From an uncultured delta proteobacterium (GTDB taxonomy: Bacteria; Desulfobacterota; RBG-13-43-22): a DNA stretch of 64,000 nt. A program made the position numbers and the translations under genes. The first letter of the stretch is position 1; each line of letters starts with the position of its first letter. Under the pieces are notes generated by a model that searched no databases, was not told where the DNA came from, and was given only the letters and a program-made list of their open reading frames with translations. Shown here piece by piece: positions 51,132-61,297 of this stretch. Location of the stretch: the NCBI GenBank assembly GCA_963843145.1, contig CAWJJC010000020.1, positions 192,001 to 256,000 of the forward strand, written 5' to 3'.

Positions 51132-52595
51132 TTAATCGTACACTATTTCCCATTTCCAATCGAAAGGGGCGTCTTCGGGTGTAAACCGCAACGATCGCGT
51201 GGGGCCTGTGCCCGGCGCCCGTCCCTCCCCCAGAAGCCACAAACGCAAATCGATGGTCGGGATCGTCTGCTCCTGGGAGGAGGCGCGCTCCTGCCAGATC
51301 TCTTTCTCTTCGATCACTTTCCACAAGGAACCGTTCTCCTTAAAACGGATCCGCTCCCCCACGTGCGGCAGCCCCAACCGTTCCCGGATGTCGCGAAACC
51401 GAAAGGCCGGACGCTTCCCTTCCGCCAAAATCCGTTCCCCCAGCCACTTGATCCCCATGGCCCCCAAAGGGGCAGTGATTACAATGGAGAGCACGGCCAC
51501 CGCCAGGATCACTTCGCCGCCGGGAACGCCGGCCATCAGGGGAATAGCCCCGATGGCCGCCTGGACCGTGGCCTTGGGGACATAGGCCACTACGGCAAAC
51601 AGCTTTTCCGCCCGGGTCAGGTCAGTAGCCAGCAGGGAAAGATAGACGCCCAGGCTGCGAAAGACCAAGGCGCCCCCGATGACCAGGGTGCCGGCCAACC
51701 CCGCCTTCCAGGCCACCTGGATATTGACCTGGGCCCCCACCAACACAAAGAGCAGCAGTTCGGCCACCACCCAGAGGTTCTTGAGCTTCCGGGAAATCAG
51801 ATGGGCGATGGCCTCTTCCTTTTCCAGGATAATGAACCCGATGGCCATGACCGCCAGCAGGCCCGACAACGGCACCAAGCCATGCAGGACCTTTTCCAGC
51901 CAGACGATGCCGATGGCCGTGCCCAAAACGATGATGGTCCGACGCGGCGGCCGGAGATCATAACGGCGGAACAGGCGGTAAAGGAAATAGCCCAGGATGA
52001 GACCGGCCAGGATTCCCAGGATGATGGATACGGGGATATTCCCCAACTGCCACCACCAGTGGGCCGAGCCGCCGCCGGACATGCCCAGCAGGATGGTAAA
52101 AATCACGATGACAAAGACGTCGTCAATGGAGGAGGCGGCCAAGAGCAGGGTCGGGATCCCTTTGTCCTCTCCTTTGCCTCTTTCCATGAAGTCAATCATC
52201 AGGGGAACGACGACGGCCGGGGAAACGGCCCCGAGAATACAACCCAGCAGGGCCGCCTCCAGGATCGAGAGGCCCAGCAGCGGGGGAGCCAGCAGAATCA
52301 CCCCGCCGATCTCGAACAGGGCCGGGACGCAACTCATGGTCAGGGCCGCCGCGCCCACCCGGTTGAGGGTGTCCCGGCGGAGTTCGAACCCGGCCCGGAG
52401 CAGGATCACGATCAGGGCCATGGATCGAAAATCCCCGGAAACCCGGAGCATATTCGGAGAGAGCCAGTTGAGGACATAAGGCCCCACCAGCACGCCGGCC
52501 AGCAGCATGCCGACCAAGCCCGGAAGGTTCAGACGGCGAAACAGGAAATCCGCCAGCAATCCCAATCCAATAATCAAAGCAAAACTTTCCGCCAT
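51132..52595 (-). CDS. Cation:proton antiporter (CPA/NHA2-like) with extra C-terminal soluble domain
   Basis: ILLRAG, AVSPAVVVP, ASSIDD, PKATVQAAIG; ATG 52595 after GGAGG. Confidence 0.9.
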   Translation of the reverse strand: MAESFALIIGLGLLADFLFRRLNLPGLVGMLLAGVLVGPYVLNWLSPNMLRVSGDFRSMALIVILLRAGFELRRDTLNRVGAAALTMSCVPALFEIGGVILLAPPLLGLSILEAALLGCILGAVSPAVVVPLMIDFMERGKGEDKGIPTLLLAASSIDDVFVIVIFTILLGMSGGGSAHWWWQLGNIPVSIILGILAGLILGYFLYRLFRRYDLRPPRRTIIVLGTAIGIVWLEKVLHGLVPLSGLLAVMAIGFIILEKEEAIAHLISRKLKNLWVVAELLLFVLVGAQVNIQVAWKAGLAGTLVIGGALVFRSLGVYLSLLATDLTRAEKLFAVVAYVPKATVQAAIGAIPLMAGVPGGEVILAVAVLSIVITAPLGAMGIKWLGERILAEGKRPAFRFRDIRERLGLPHVGERIRFKENGSLWKVIEEKEIWQERASSQEQTIPTIDLRLWLLGEGRAPGTGPTRSLRFTPEDAPFDWKWEIVYD

Positions 52596-52642
52596 GGATC
52601 GCCTCCACACCTTTTAAGGAAAATAAAGAGCCCCTAAACAAG

Positions 52643-52670
52643 AAAACTCCTGCCACATAGTGACAGGAGT
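52643..52670 (-). terminator. Intrinsic terminator forming the riboswitch expression platform
   Basis: ACTCCTGTCAC-TAT-GTGGCAGGAGT followed by a T-rich tail; overlaps the aptamer 3' strand. Confidence 0.8.
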
Positions 52671-52712
52671 CATTGGCCATAAACGGCAGTTACCGGGTGG
52701 ACTCCACCACCC
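52663..52712 (-). ncRNA. Fluoride (crcB) riboswitch
   Basis: GGTGGTGGAGTCCACC-CGGTAACTGCC-GTTTAT-GGC-CAATGACTCCTG: P1 GGTG/CACC, pseudoknot GGAGTC/GACTCC, GCC/GGC stem. Confidence 0.85.
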
Positions 52713-52732
52713 TGGATAGTGCTAGCACAGCT

Positions 52733-52760
52733 ATTATACAAAAAGAACCGGGTGGAGCAA
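52733..52760 (-). promoter_or_regulatory. Sigma70 promoter for the riboswitch/antiporter transcript
   Basis: TTGCTC-N16-TATAAT about 20 nt upstream of the aptamer. Confidence 0.55.
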
Positions 52761-52972
52761 GAGAAATCGCCCCGCCGGAGGCCGTCAAGGGGAAAAGCCA
52801 GGATTCGGAGCGGAAAATGCCGCTTTGGTGGCCGAAGAGGCCTTTAAACACTTTCCAGAAATTGGAAGCCTTTTAGGGGACAGGGCTCTTTAAATTATGA
52901 ATTTTGGAAAATGGGGGGCCTGATAAAAGCCATTAAATATATAACTAATTGAAATTGCATATAAAAATTTTT

Positions 52973-52988
52973 TGGCATGATAAATGCT
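52973..52988 (+). promoter_or_regulatory. Putative sigma54 promoter
   Basis: TGGCAT-GATAA-ATGCT (GG-N10-GC) upstream of 53073. Confidence 0.6.
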
Positions 52989-53072
52989 TACATAAGATCT
53001 ATATCTCTACATTATGTAGAGAAAGATTTGAAAGTCTTTTTATAGAAATTATAAGTAGGGAGGTGAATTTAA

Positions 53073-53390
53073 ATGAAAAAGATCATCGTTTGGACTATGG
53101 CTTTGGTATTTGCCCTGTCTGTTTCTATGGCTTTTGCCGCTGATGAAAAGGCTACTCCTGCCGAAAAAAAGGCCGCGCAAAAAGTTGAAAAGGCTGGGAC
53201 AAAGGCTGCCGAAAAGGTGGACATGACTGCAGTACCGGCTGCCGAAAAGGTTCAAAAGGCTGAAGAAAAGGCTGTCGAAAAGGTTGATAAGACCGCCGTA
53301 AAGGCCAAGAAGAAGGTAAAGAAAGCCAAGAAAGCAGCGGTAAAGAAGGTGCAAGAAAAGAAAGACGAGATGAAAGAAGAAAAGAAATAA
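53073..53390 (+). CDS. Exported Lys/Ala/Glu-rich low-complexity protein
   Basis: GGAGG RBS, signal peptide ending AFA, repeated (A)AEKV motifs. Confidence 0.8.
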   Translation: MKKIIVWTMALVFALSVSMAFAADEKATPAEKKAAQKVEKAGTKAAEKVDMTAVPAAEKVQKAEEKAVEKVDKTAVKAKKKVKKAKKAAVKKVQEKKDEMKEEKK

Positions 53391-53412
53391 TCTTCTTATC
53401 TTACTGCCCGAT

Positions 53413-53452
53413 AAAAAGGGGTGAAATCGGGTTATCCGGTTTCACCTTTTTT
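53413..53452 (+). terminator. Intrinsic terminator (possibly bidirectional)
   Basis: AAAAAGGGGTGAAATCGG-loop-CCGGTTTCACCTTTTTT. Confidence 0.8.
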
Positions 53453-53538
53453 ATTTATACCCCTCATTATACCTCTCCCGCACTGATGAAATTGTAAAAG
53501 CTACGGAATTCATCCGGCGTCCCTCAAGGTTCCCCTCA

Positions 53539-53649
53539 ATCATTATTTGGATAATTACGGGCCCCATCTTCAAATTCAGTGATACCTGGCAACTGGTTAT
53601 AAATACTGGAACTACTATTGTGACTTTTCTTATGGTGTTCTTAATTCAG
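53539..53649 (+). pseudogene. Fragment of low-affinity iron permease (Fet4-like) gene
   Basis: Translates [37 protein letters not shown]; both flanks are missing. Confidence 0.75.
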
Positions 53650-53759
53650 ATCCCGTTTCACCTTCCCTAATCAACGCCGAATGATCGATCCTTCTTATTT
53701 ATCGAGCACCTCTTCTATCTGATCAATATTCCCTCCTCCTAAATCAATTCAATCGAACG

Positions 53760-54293
53760 TTAACTCCCAGGAAGAAACCGTTCTTTTTCGCTAAAGACGC
53801 AGCCGCAGTAGGGCTGCCGGTAGAGGCCCAGGGCCTTGGACTCCTTGACCCCCTCGTTCCAGCCGCTCCGAAAATCCTGGTAATAAAAGGGGATCTCATA
53901 GCGGTTGCTGATTTCCTCCCCCACTTCCCGGATCCAGTCATGTTTTTGGTAGCGGCTGTAAAGCAGGGTGGTGGTGAAGGCCTCGAAGGATTGCGCTCGG
54001 GCTTCCTGCGCGGCAGCCGTGAGCCGCATCCGGTAGCAGACCCGACAGCGGTCCGGCCCCCAGGGACGGGTTTGGGATAGAAATTCCTCGAGGTCGTAGC
54101 TCGGATCAAAATGAACTTTCAGGTCCGCTTTTTGGGCGTACTCCTCCAGCGTGGCTTTTCGCCTGATAAATTCGCGGTAGGGATGGATGTTGGGATTGTA
54201 GAAAAACCCGGCGACCTGGTGGTTCTGTTCCCGCAGAACCTTCAGCGGGTAGATGGTGCAGGGGGCGCAGCAGGTGTGCAGCAGTAGTTTCAT
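53760..54293 (-). CDS. queH: Epoxyqueuosine reductase QueH
   Basis: LLLHTCCAPC, FYNPNIHP, RCRVCY, YRQPYCGCVFS. Confidence 0.9.
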   Translation of the reverse strand: MKLLLHTCCAPCTIYPLKVLREQNHQVAGFFYNPNIHPYREFIRRKATLEEYAQKADLKVHFDPSYDLEEFLSQTRPWGPDRCRVCYRMRLTAAAQEARAQSFEAFTTTLLYSRYQKHDWIREVGEEISNRYEIPFYYQDFRSGWNEGVKESKALGLYRQPYCGCVFSEKERFLPGS

Positions 54294-54317
54294 ACGGCTA
54301 GAAAATCCGGAAAAGAC

Positions 54318-54426
54318 TATTCACCGCAAAGACGCTAAGGACGCAAAGGAGATTTTTTGCTCCGCCACGGCGGAGCAAGATAAAATTTCTTCAATCTTTG
54401 CGTCCTTTGCGCCTTTGCGGTGGATA
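54318..54426. repeat. Long imperfect inverted repeat with internal hairpin (REP-like)
   Basis: CACCGCAAAGACGCTAAGGACGCAAAG ... CTTTGCGTCCTTTGCGCCTTTGCGGTG; inner TTGCTCCGCC/GGCGGAGCAA. Confidence 0.75.
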
Positions 54427-54435
54427 TTGATTTTT

Positions 54436-55305
54436 TTACCCCATCAACTCCTTGACGGCCTCTCCCACTTTGGTCAGGTCCACCACCACCCGGATGCCGG
54501 CAGCCTTCAGCACGGCCATTTTTTCCTGGGCGGTTCCTGATTTCCCGGAGATGATGGCTCCGGCGTGGCCCATGCGGCGTCCGGGAGGGGCCGTCTGGCC
54601 GGCAATGAAGGTCACCACCGGTTTGGGAAAATGCTCCTTAATGAAAGCGGCGGCCTCTTCTTCGGCGGTCCCGCCGATCTCGCCGATCAGGACCACCCCA
54701 CTGGTCTGACCATCCTCGGCAAACAACTTTAATAGATCGATAAAGTTCAACCCGATAATCGGGTCTCCGCCGATCCCCAGGCAGGTGGACTGGCCCAGAC
54801 CCTGTTTGCTGATCTGATCCACCACCTCGTAGGTCAGGGTGCCGCTGCGGGAGATGACGCCGACAGATCCCGGCTGAAAGATATACCCCGGCATGATCCC
54901 CAGCTTGCAGGCCCCGGGGGTGATGATCCCCGGGCAGTTGGGCCCGATCAGGACCGACGAGCGGCCTTTCAAATAATGCTTCACCCGGACCATATCCAGG
55001 GTGGGCAACCCTTCGGTGATACAGGCAATAACCCCGATCCCCGCGGCCGCGGCCTCCATAATGGTATCGGGAGCAAAAGCGGGAGGCACGAAGATGATGG
55101 AAACGTTGGCCCCCTGTTCAGCCACCGCGTCCGCCACCGTATGGTAAACCGGCACCCCTTCCAGTTTTTGGCCGGCCTTGCCCGGCGTCACCCCGGCCAC
55201 CACTTGGGTGCCGTATTCCAGCATTTGTCTGGTGTGGAAGCTCCCTTCCTTTCCGGTGACCCCTTGAACCACAACCCGGCTTTTCTTGTCGACCAAAATG
55301 CTCAC
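54436..55305 (-). CDS. sucD: Succinyl-CoA ligase alpha subunit
   Basis: [30 protein letters not shown]; GTG start. Confidence 0.95.
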   Translation of the reverse strand: MSILVDKKSRVVVQGVTGKEGSFHTRQMLEYGTQVVAGVTPGKAGQKLEGVPVYHTVADAVAEQGANVSIIFVPPAFAPDTIMEAAAAGIGVIACITEGLPTLDMVRVKHYLKGRSSVLIGPNCPGIITPGACKLGIMPGYIFQPGSVGVISRSGTLTYEVVDQISKQGLGQSTCLGIGGDPIIGLNFIDLLKLFAEDGQTSGVVLIGEIGGTAEEEAAAFIKEHFPKPVVTFIAGQTAPPGRRMGHAGAIISGKSGTAQEKMAVLKAAGIRVVVDLTKVGEAVKELMG

Positions 55306-55318
55306 GGCAGCCTCCTCA

Positions 55319-56485
55319 TCAATTCCGTTGGACCAGTTGGCCGACCTTTTTCGCGGCCTCGGCCATGGTAGGGGAAACAATAAAATCCAGCCCGGATTGA
55401 TTCAACAGCTCCCGACCCCGGTCCACATTGGTCCCCTCCAGGCGGATAATCAGGGGTACCCGAAGGACCACCTTCCGGGCTGCTTCGATCAGCCCCTCGG
55501 CCAGGACATCGCACCGGAGGATGCCCCCAAATATGTTGACCAGCACGGCCTTGACCCGTTCATCGGAAAGGATGATCCGGAAGCCGTTGGCGATCGTCTC
55601 CGCGCTGGCCCCTCCGCCCACGTCCAGGAAATTGGCGGGCTCCCCGCCGTAGAGCTTGATTAAGTCCATGGTAGCCATGGCCAGGCCGGCGCCATTGACC
55701 ATCACCCCGATGTTGCCATTCAGACGGATATAATTCAGATTGTATTTATTCGCCTCCAGCTCCAGGGGGTCCTGTTCACTGGGATCCATCAGCTCCAGCA
55801 ATTCCTTATGGCGGAAAAGGGCGTTGTCGTCAAAATTCACCTTGCCGTCCAGGGCCATCAGTCGGTCGTCCCGGGTGACCACCAGGGGGTTGATCTCCAC
55901 CAGGGAACAATCGAGTTGTTCAAAGAGCTTTACTAAGTTGGTAATCAGGGCTATCCCGGATTTAACCGACCCGGCGGGCAATCCCAGGCTGTAAATAATA
56001 TTCCGGGCCTGGAAGGCCTGGAAGCCGACGGCCGGATCGATCCACTCCCGGTGGATCAGGTGGGGCGTCTTTTCGGCCACCTCCTCAATATCCATGCCCC
56101 CTGACCGGCTGGCCATGATCGCCGGACAGGCCCTGGCCCGGTCCACGACGATCCCCAGGTACAATTCCTGGGCGATCGGCACCCCCTCTTCGATCAGCAC
56201 TTTGAGCACTTGTTTACCTTCCGGGCCGGTCTGATGGGTAACCAGGGTCATGCCCAATATTTCGCTGACCCGGCTTCGGAATTCATCCAAGGTCTGGGCC
56301 ACCTTGACCCCGCCACCCTTTCCCCGGCCCCCGGCGTGAATCTGGGCCTTAACCACATAAGGAGGCGCCCCCAAGGCCTGAGCGGCCTCCAGGGCTTCCG
56401 GGGAGGAAAACACCGCCTGTCCCTTGGGAATGGGAATCCCGTACTGGGCAAAAAGGGCCTTGGCCTGGTATTCGTGAATCTTCAT
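55319..56485 (-). CDS. sucC: Succinyl-CoA ligase beta subunit
   Basis: [38 protein letters not shown]. Confidence 0.96.
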   Translation of the reverse strand: MKIHEYQAKALFAQYGIPIPKGQAVFSSPEALEAAQALGAPPYVVKAQIHAGGRGKGGGVKVAQTLDEFRSRVSEILGMTLVTHQTGPEGKQVLKVLIEEGVPIAQELYLGIVVDRARACPAIMASRSGGMDIEEVAEKTPHLIHREWIDPAVGFQAFQARNIIYSLGLPAGSVKSGIALITNLVKLFEQLDCSLVEINPLVVTRDDRLMALDGKVNFDDNALFRHKELLELMDPSEQDPLELEANKYNLNYIRLNGNIGVMVNGAGLAMATMDLIKLYGGEPANFLDVGGGASAETIANGFRIILSDERVKAVLVNIFGGILRCDVLAEGLIEAARKVVLRVPLIIRLEGTNVDRGRELLNQSGLDFIVSPTMAEAAKKVGQLVQRN

Positions 56486-56582
56486 GGATGCGCCCCCTGT
56501 TCAGGAATTTTCTCAACTTACCCAAAGGGTTTTTAGGTGTCAATTAAAAATGACGGATTCTGTCGAAGCCGTCATAAATCAA

Positions 56583-56638
56583 AGCCCCCTCACCCTTCCT
56601 CTCCCCCGATCGGGAGGAGAGATAAGGATGAGGGGGCT
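56583..56638. repeat. REP-like palindrome of CCCTCACCC..CCTCTCCC/GGGAG type
   Basis: AGCCCCCTCACCCTTCCTCTCCCCCGATCGGGAGGAGAGATAAGGATGAGGGGGCT folds on itself. Confidence 0.65.
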
Positions 56639-56673
56639 GTAACCGCTAAAAATATAACTGGAATAATTCTTAC

Positions 56674-57978
56674 TTACTTCTGGCGTTCGTCGATGACCCT
56701 CTTGGCCTTGCCTTCGCTGCGGGTGATGGTCCCCGGGGCCACCAATCGTACCCGGATGCCGATACCGATCATCCCTTTTATATGATTCTCTATTTTTTGC
56801 TCGGCTCCTTTAATCGTTTCCGCACCGGCTTCGTAGATCGCCGGTTTGGCCTCCACATGCACCTCCAGGGTGTCCAGATAGCCCCTCTTCTTCACGATAA
56901 TGACGTACTGGGGCTCCACCTCTTTCTGGTCCAACAGCAGGCTTTCGATCTGGGAAGGGAAAATATTGACCCCGCTGATGATCAGCATATCGTCGCTGCG
57001 CCCGTAGACCTTTTCCATTTTTACCAAAGTGCGGCCGCAGGCGCATTTTTCCCGTTTGATAGAGGTGATATCCCGGGTGCGGTAGCGTAAGAGCGGCATG
57101 GCCTGGCGCTGGATGGCGGTAAAAACCAATTCCCCTTTTTGACCCAGGGGCAGAACTTCCCCGGTGACGGGATCGATAATTTCAATCAGGATATGGTCTT
57201 CATTGACGTGCAGGTAGCCGTCCTGAGCTTCGCAGTCGAAGGCCACCCCCGGCCCCCCCAATTCGGTCAGTCCATAAGCCTCATGGGCCTTGATGCCCAT
57301 CCGTTCCTCGATTTCCTTGCGCATCTCCTGGGTCCAGGGCTCGGCCCCGAAGACCCCTACCCGGAGAGGCAGGGATTTCATATCCACACCCATCTGAGCG
57401 GCCTTTTCGGCAATCGTCAGGGCATAGGAGGGGGTGGAGAAGAGAACGGTGCTTCGAAAATCCTGCATGATGGTAATCTGCCGTTCCGTCTGGCCGGAAG
57501 AGGTGGGGACTACCGTGGCCCCGATTTTGGTGGCTCCCTGGTGGAAGCCGAGTCCGCCGGTGAACAATCCATACCCGTAGGCGTTCTGAATGATGTCATT
57601 GGACCGTACCCCGGCCGCCGTCATGTTTCGGGCCATGCAATCGGTCCACTGTTCCAGATCGTCCGCCGTATAAGGACCGGTGATGGGTTTGCCGGTGGTG
57701 CCGGAGGAGGCGTGGACCCGGACCAGATCTTGGACGGGAATGGCACAGAGGCCAAAAGGATAATTGTCCCGCAGGTCGTTTTTGACGGTGAAGGGCAGTT
57801 TGGCCAAGTCAGTCAATGATTTGATATCCGCAGGTTTTACCCCCAGGTCCTCCAGCTTGTTTTTATAAAAAGGGATTTTCTCATAAACCCATTGGACCGT
57901 TTTCTTCAACTGATTGAGCTGGAAATCCTGCATGGCTTCCACCGACATGGTCTCGAACTTTTCGTCCCAGTACTTCAT
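56674..57978 (-). CDS. paaK: Phenylacetate-CoA ligase family
   Basis: HASSGTTGKP, YGLFTGGLG, GAEPW, RYRTRD, GRSDDMLII, SEGKAKRV. Confidence 0.9.
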   Translation of the reverse strand: MKYWDEKFETMSVEAMQDFQLNQLKKTVQWVYEKIPFYKNKLEDLGVKPADIKSLTDLAKLPFTVKNDLRDNYPFGLCAIPVQDLVRVHASSGTTGKPITGPYTADDLEQWTDCMARNMTAAGVRSNDIIQNAYGYGLFTGGLGFHQGATKIGATVVPTSSGQTERQITIMQDFRSTVLFSTPSYALTIAEKAAQMGVDMKSLPLRVGVFGAEPWTQEMRKEIEERMGIKAHEAYGLTELGGPGVAFDCEAQDGYLHVNEDHILIEIIDPVTGEVLPLGQKGELVFTAIQRQAMPLLRYRTRDITSIKREKCACGRTLVKMEKVYGRSDDMLIISGVNIFPSQIESLLLDQKEVEPQYVIIVKKRGYLDTLEVHVEAKPAIYEAGAETIKGAEQKIENHIKGMIGIGIRVRLVAPGTITRSEGKAKRVIDERQK

Positions 57979-58138
57979 AACGCCCTCCTTAAAATAGTAT
58001 TAGCTCCACCGATGCCCGCCGCTGGCTAAGGGGTACTCCGTAACTACGATGTGATTATAATATAATTAAAATTAAAATACGGTTATCAGGGAACCATAGG
58101 CCTGTCAAGCGATTTCTTGACCGGATCCGGTCGGCGGT

Positions 58139-58369
58139 TTAATCCTTTTTGGGGAGGGTTTTTTTGACCTGTTCGAGATGGGCTTCAAATTCGGGGAACA
58201 GATCGGAAATGAAACGGACTCCTTGTTTGGTGAAGCCGGTATAGGTGTCGGAAACCACGTACTTGCGAAGGTCTATATAGCTCTTGCCCTTATACTCCTT
58301 CACCGAAAACAAGAGGTAGTCGGTGGGGTTCAGTTGCATTCGGGCGATTTCTCCGTCTTCTTTTTCCAT
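58139..58369 (-). CDS. PC4/YdbC family ssDNA-binding protein
   Basis: EYKGKSYIDLRKY, FTKQGV. Confidence 0.75.
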   Translation of the reverse strand: MEKEDGEIARMQLNPTDYLLFSVKEYKGKSYIDLRKYVVSDTYTGFTKQGVRFISDLFPEFEAHLEQVKKTLPKKD

Positions 58370-58723
58370 GGAAACCCTCTCTCGTTTAATAAAAATGAAA
58401 TGTCTTTCAAGTCTTTACTTCTATGCTCTGCCCTTCCTCTCTGTCAAGGGAAAAATGGGGGGAATCCCATACTTTTCAAGGCCATAGAAAATCCTAAAAA
58501 TTCTTGACATCAATTAGGCGGTATGATAGAAGCGGTTGGACTCTGTAAAAATATTCACAAGTCATCAAACACCTTCCATTTTTTAAAATTGGGCAGTACT
58601 AAAACAAAGGGATTATCCTAAATTGCGTAAAAAGGAGGTGGGGCCGGGAACCGCGCCGGGATTCACGTAACGCCACTGATTTTCTAGTATTTTCAACCTT
58701 AAGGAGGAGAGGAGAGAACGTTT

Positions 58724-60817
58724 ATGGACATTATCGTATTTGCGCTTATCTGCGGCGCCGCCGGGGTGGTGTACGCCCTCGTGACCGCGGCCTGGGTGTC
58801 CAAGCAAGACGCCGGGTCCACACGTATGCAGGATATCTCGAACGCGGTCAAAGAAGGCGCTTACGCCTTTCTGGCCCGTGAATACAAGACCGTGGCCATA
58901 GTGGCCGTGATTCTGCTGATCATCATTGCCGTGGTCCCGGCCCTCGGCCCCTGGACGGCCCTCGGCTTCATTATCGGGACGGCCGGCTCGGCCTTTGCCG
59001 GCTTTGTCGGCATGTGGGTGACGGTCCGGGCCAACGTCCGGACGACCCAGGCGGCCACCAAGGGGATCCAGGCCGCGCTGACCCTGTCATTCAAGGGCGG
59101 TTCGGTCACGGGCATCATGGTGGTGGGTCTGGGCATCATCGGGTTGGCGGGGTATTTCGCCATTGCCCGGGCTTATGCCGGAGAGGAGGCCTTCCGGGCC
59201 CTTATCGGCCTCGGCTTCGGCTGCTCCCTGATGAGCGTCTTCGCCCGGATCGCCGGCGGTATCTACACCAAGGCGGCCGACGTGGGCGCCGACCTGGTCG
59301 GTAAGGTGGAAGCCGGCATCCCGGAAGACGACCCTCGCAACCCGGCGGTTATCGCCGACAACGTGGGCGACAACGTGGGCGACTGCGCCGGAATGGCAGC
59401 CGACTTGTATGAAACCTATACGGTAACGCTGGTAGCCGCCATGCTGCTGGCCAAGTCGGTTTTCGGCGCCGATAGCCCCTGGGTCGAATTCCCGCTGCTC
59501 CTGGGCGGTGTTTCGATTATTGCCTCGATCATCGGCACCTACTTCGTGAAGCTCGGCGCCAAGCAGTACATTATGGGCGCGCTGTATAAGGGCCTGGCCG
59601 TCTCGGGTGTGCTCGCAGCCATCGCCTTTTATGCGGTAACGGTCTGGTTCATGGGAGGCCTCGGCGACAAGACCGGCGGCTTCACCCCCGCGAGCATCTT
59701 CGGTACGGCCTTAATCGGCCTGGTCCTGACCGGCCTCATCGTCGTGATTACGGAGTACTATACCGCCAATCAGTTCCGGCCGGTAAAGACCATCGCCAAA
59801 GCCAGTCTGACCGGCCACGGCACCAATGTGATCGCCGGCCTGGCCATGAGTATGGAAGCGACGGCATTGCCGGCGCTGGTTATCGTGGGCGCCATTCTTG
59901 GTTCGTATGCCCTCGGGGGGGGATTCAGCGGCAATGAGGGCGGCGTGAGCAGCGGGCTCTTCGCCATCGCCCTTTCCGCGGTTTCGATGCTCTCCATGAC
60001 CGGCATCGTGGTGGCCATCGACTCCTATGGACCGATCACGGACAACGCCGGCGGCATCGCCGAAATGGCCGAGCTTCCTCCGGAAGTGCGGGCGATTACC
60101 GATCCGCTCGATGCGGTCGGCAATACCACCAAGGCGGTCACCAAAGGCTATGCCATCGGTTCCGCCGCTCTGGCCGCATTGGTGCTTTTTGCCGAATATG
60201 CCCGGGAACTCGCCAAGGGGATGAGCGAAGTTAAATTCGATCTTTCCGATCCCATGGTCATTGCCGGCCTCTTTATCGGCGGGCTGATTCCCTACTACTA
60301 CGGCAGCCGGTTGATGCTGGCGGTCGGCCGGGCGGCGGGCGGCGTCGTTGAAGAGGTCCGCCGGCAGTTCCGGGAAATCAAGGGCATCATGGAAGGCACC
60401 GCCAAACCGGAGTACGGCAAGTGCGTGGACATCGTCACCAAGTCGGCCATCAAGGAGATGATGGTGCCGGCCCTTCTCCCGATCGTGGCCCCTATCCTGG
60501 TCGGCGTGTTCCTTGGGCCGAAGGCCCTCGGCGGTCTTCTGATCGGCTGTATCCTGACCGGCCTCTTCCAGGCTATCGCCATGACCTCCGGCGGCGGCGC
60601 CTGGGACAACGCCAAAAAATCCTTTGAAGACGGCGTCACGGACGATAAAGGCGTCGTGCATAAAAAGGGCAGTGAGGGGCATAAGGCGTCGGTCACCGGC
60701 GATACCGTCGGCGACCCCTATAAGGATACCGCCGGCCCGGCCATCAACCCGATGATCAAGGTTATGAACATCGTGGCCTTGTTGATTGTCCCTATCGTCA
60801 TTTCCTTGTGGAAATAG
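58724..60817 (+). CDS. hppA: Membrane-bound H+-translocating pyrophosphatase, K+-independent type
   Basis: [26 protein letters not shown] (Lys marks K+-independent type), [10 protein letters not shown]. Confidence 0.95.
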   Translation: MDIIVFALICGAAGVVYALVTAAWVSKQDAGSTRMQDISNAVKEGAYAFLAREYKTVAIVAVILLIIIAVVPALGPWTALGFIIGTAGSAFAGFVGMWVTVRANVRTTQAATKGIQAALTLSFKGGSVTGIMVVGLGIIGLAGYFAIARAYAGEEAFRALIGLGFGCSLMSVFARIAGGIYTKAADVGADLVGKVEAGIPEDDPRNPAVIADNVGDNVGDCAGMAADLYETYTVTLVAAMLLAKSVFGADSPWVEFPLLLGGVSIIASIIGTYFVKLGAKQYIMGALYKGLAVSGVLAAIAFYAVTVWFMGGLGDKTGGFTPASIFGTALIGLVLTGLIVVITEYYTANQFRPVKTIAKASLTGHGTNVIAGLAMSMEATALPALVIVGAILGSYALGGGFSGNEGGVSSGLFAIALSAVSMLSMTGIVVAIDSYGPITDNAGGIAEMAELPPEVRAITDPLDAVGNTTKAVTKGYAIGSAALAALVLFAEYARELAKGMSEVKFDLSDPMVIAGLFIGGLIPYYYGSRLMLAVGRAAGGVVEEVRRQFREIKGIMEGTAKPEYGKCVDIVTKSAIKEMMVPALLPIVAPILVGVFLGPKALGGLLIGCILTGLFQAIAMTSGGGAWDNAKKSFEDGVTDDKGVVHKKGSEGHKASVTGDTVGDPYKDTAGPAINPMIKVMNIVALLIVPIVISLWK

Positions 60818-60859
60818 TTTTCAGATACCCATAATCCAATTCATTCTATGCTGTGACTG

Positions 60860-60894
60860 GAGGGAACGGGGACAGGCCTCGTTCCCTCTTTTTT
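60860..60894 (+). terminator. Intrinsic terminator after hppA
   Basis: GAGGGAACG...CGTTCCCTC followed by TTTTTT. Confidence 0.8.
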
Positions 60895-60935
60895 CCCCGG
60901 CGCCCCGCTCCCGGCCCTTTTTCGGTCCAACCTTC

Positions 60936-61069
60936 CTTCATTTAATTCCCGCTTCGCCCTTTTGGGTGAATACCCCCATTATCTGGTAGGGCCACCGAGG
61001 CTTGGGTTCGGGTGATCTACTATATTTGTCGCCACCCACCCAAAAGGGCGAAGCGAGAATTAAATAAGG
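60936..61069. repeat. Dispersed repeat left ends arranged as ~33-bp terminal inverted repeats (copies F/G)
   Basis: ATTTAATTCCCGCTTCGCCCTTTTGGGTG ... CACCCAAAAGGGCGAAGCGAGAATTAAAT. Confidence 0.8.
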
Positions 61070-61132
61070 CTTGACAGAAAACCTTCCCTGTGGTTTAAAT
61101 TAAGTTTAACCTTATTAAGGAGCGGTTTTTCC

Positions 61133-61267
61133 ATGAAAAGAACATTTCAGCCCAGCAATATTAAACGCGCCCGGACCCACGGTTTCCTGGTACGCATGAG
61201 TACCCGGGCCGGGAGGAACGTCATTAACCGTCGCCGGGCCAAGGGACGAAAACGATTAGCGGTCTAA
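61133..61267 (+). CDS. rpmH: 50S ribosomal protein L34
   Basis: [44 protein letters not shown]; TTGACA at 61071 upstream. Confidence 0.97.
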   Translation: MKRTFQPSNIKRARTHGFLVRMSTRAGRNVINRRRAKGRKRLAV

Positions 61268-61297
61268 CAGCCGCTTTCCATTGCGAGGGATTCAGTA

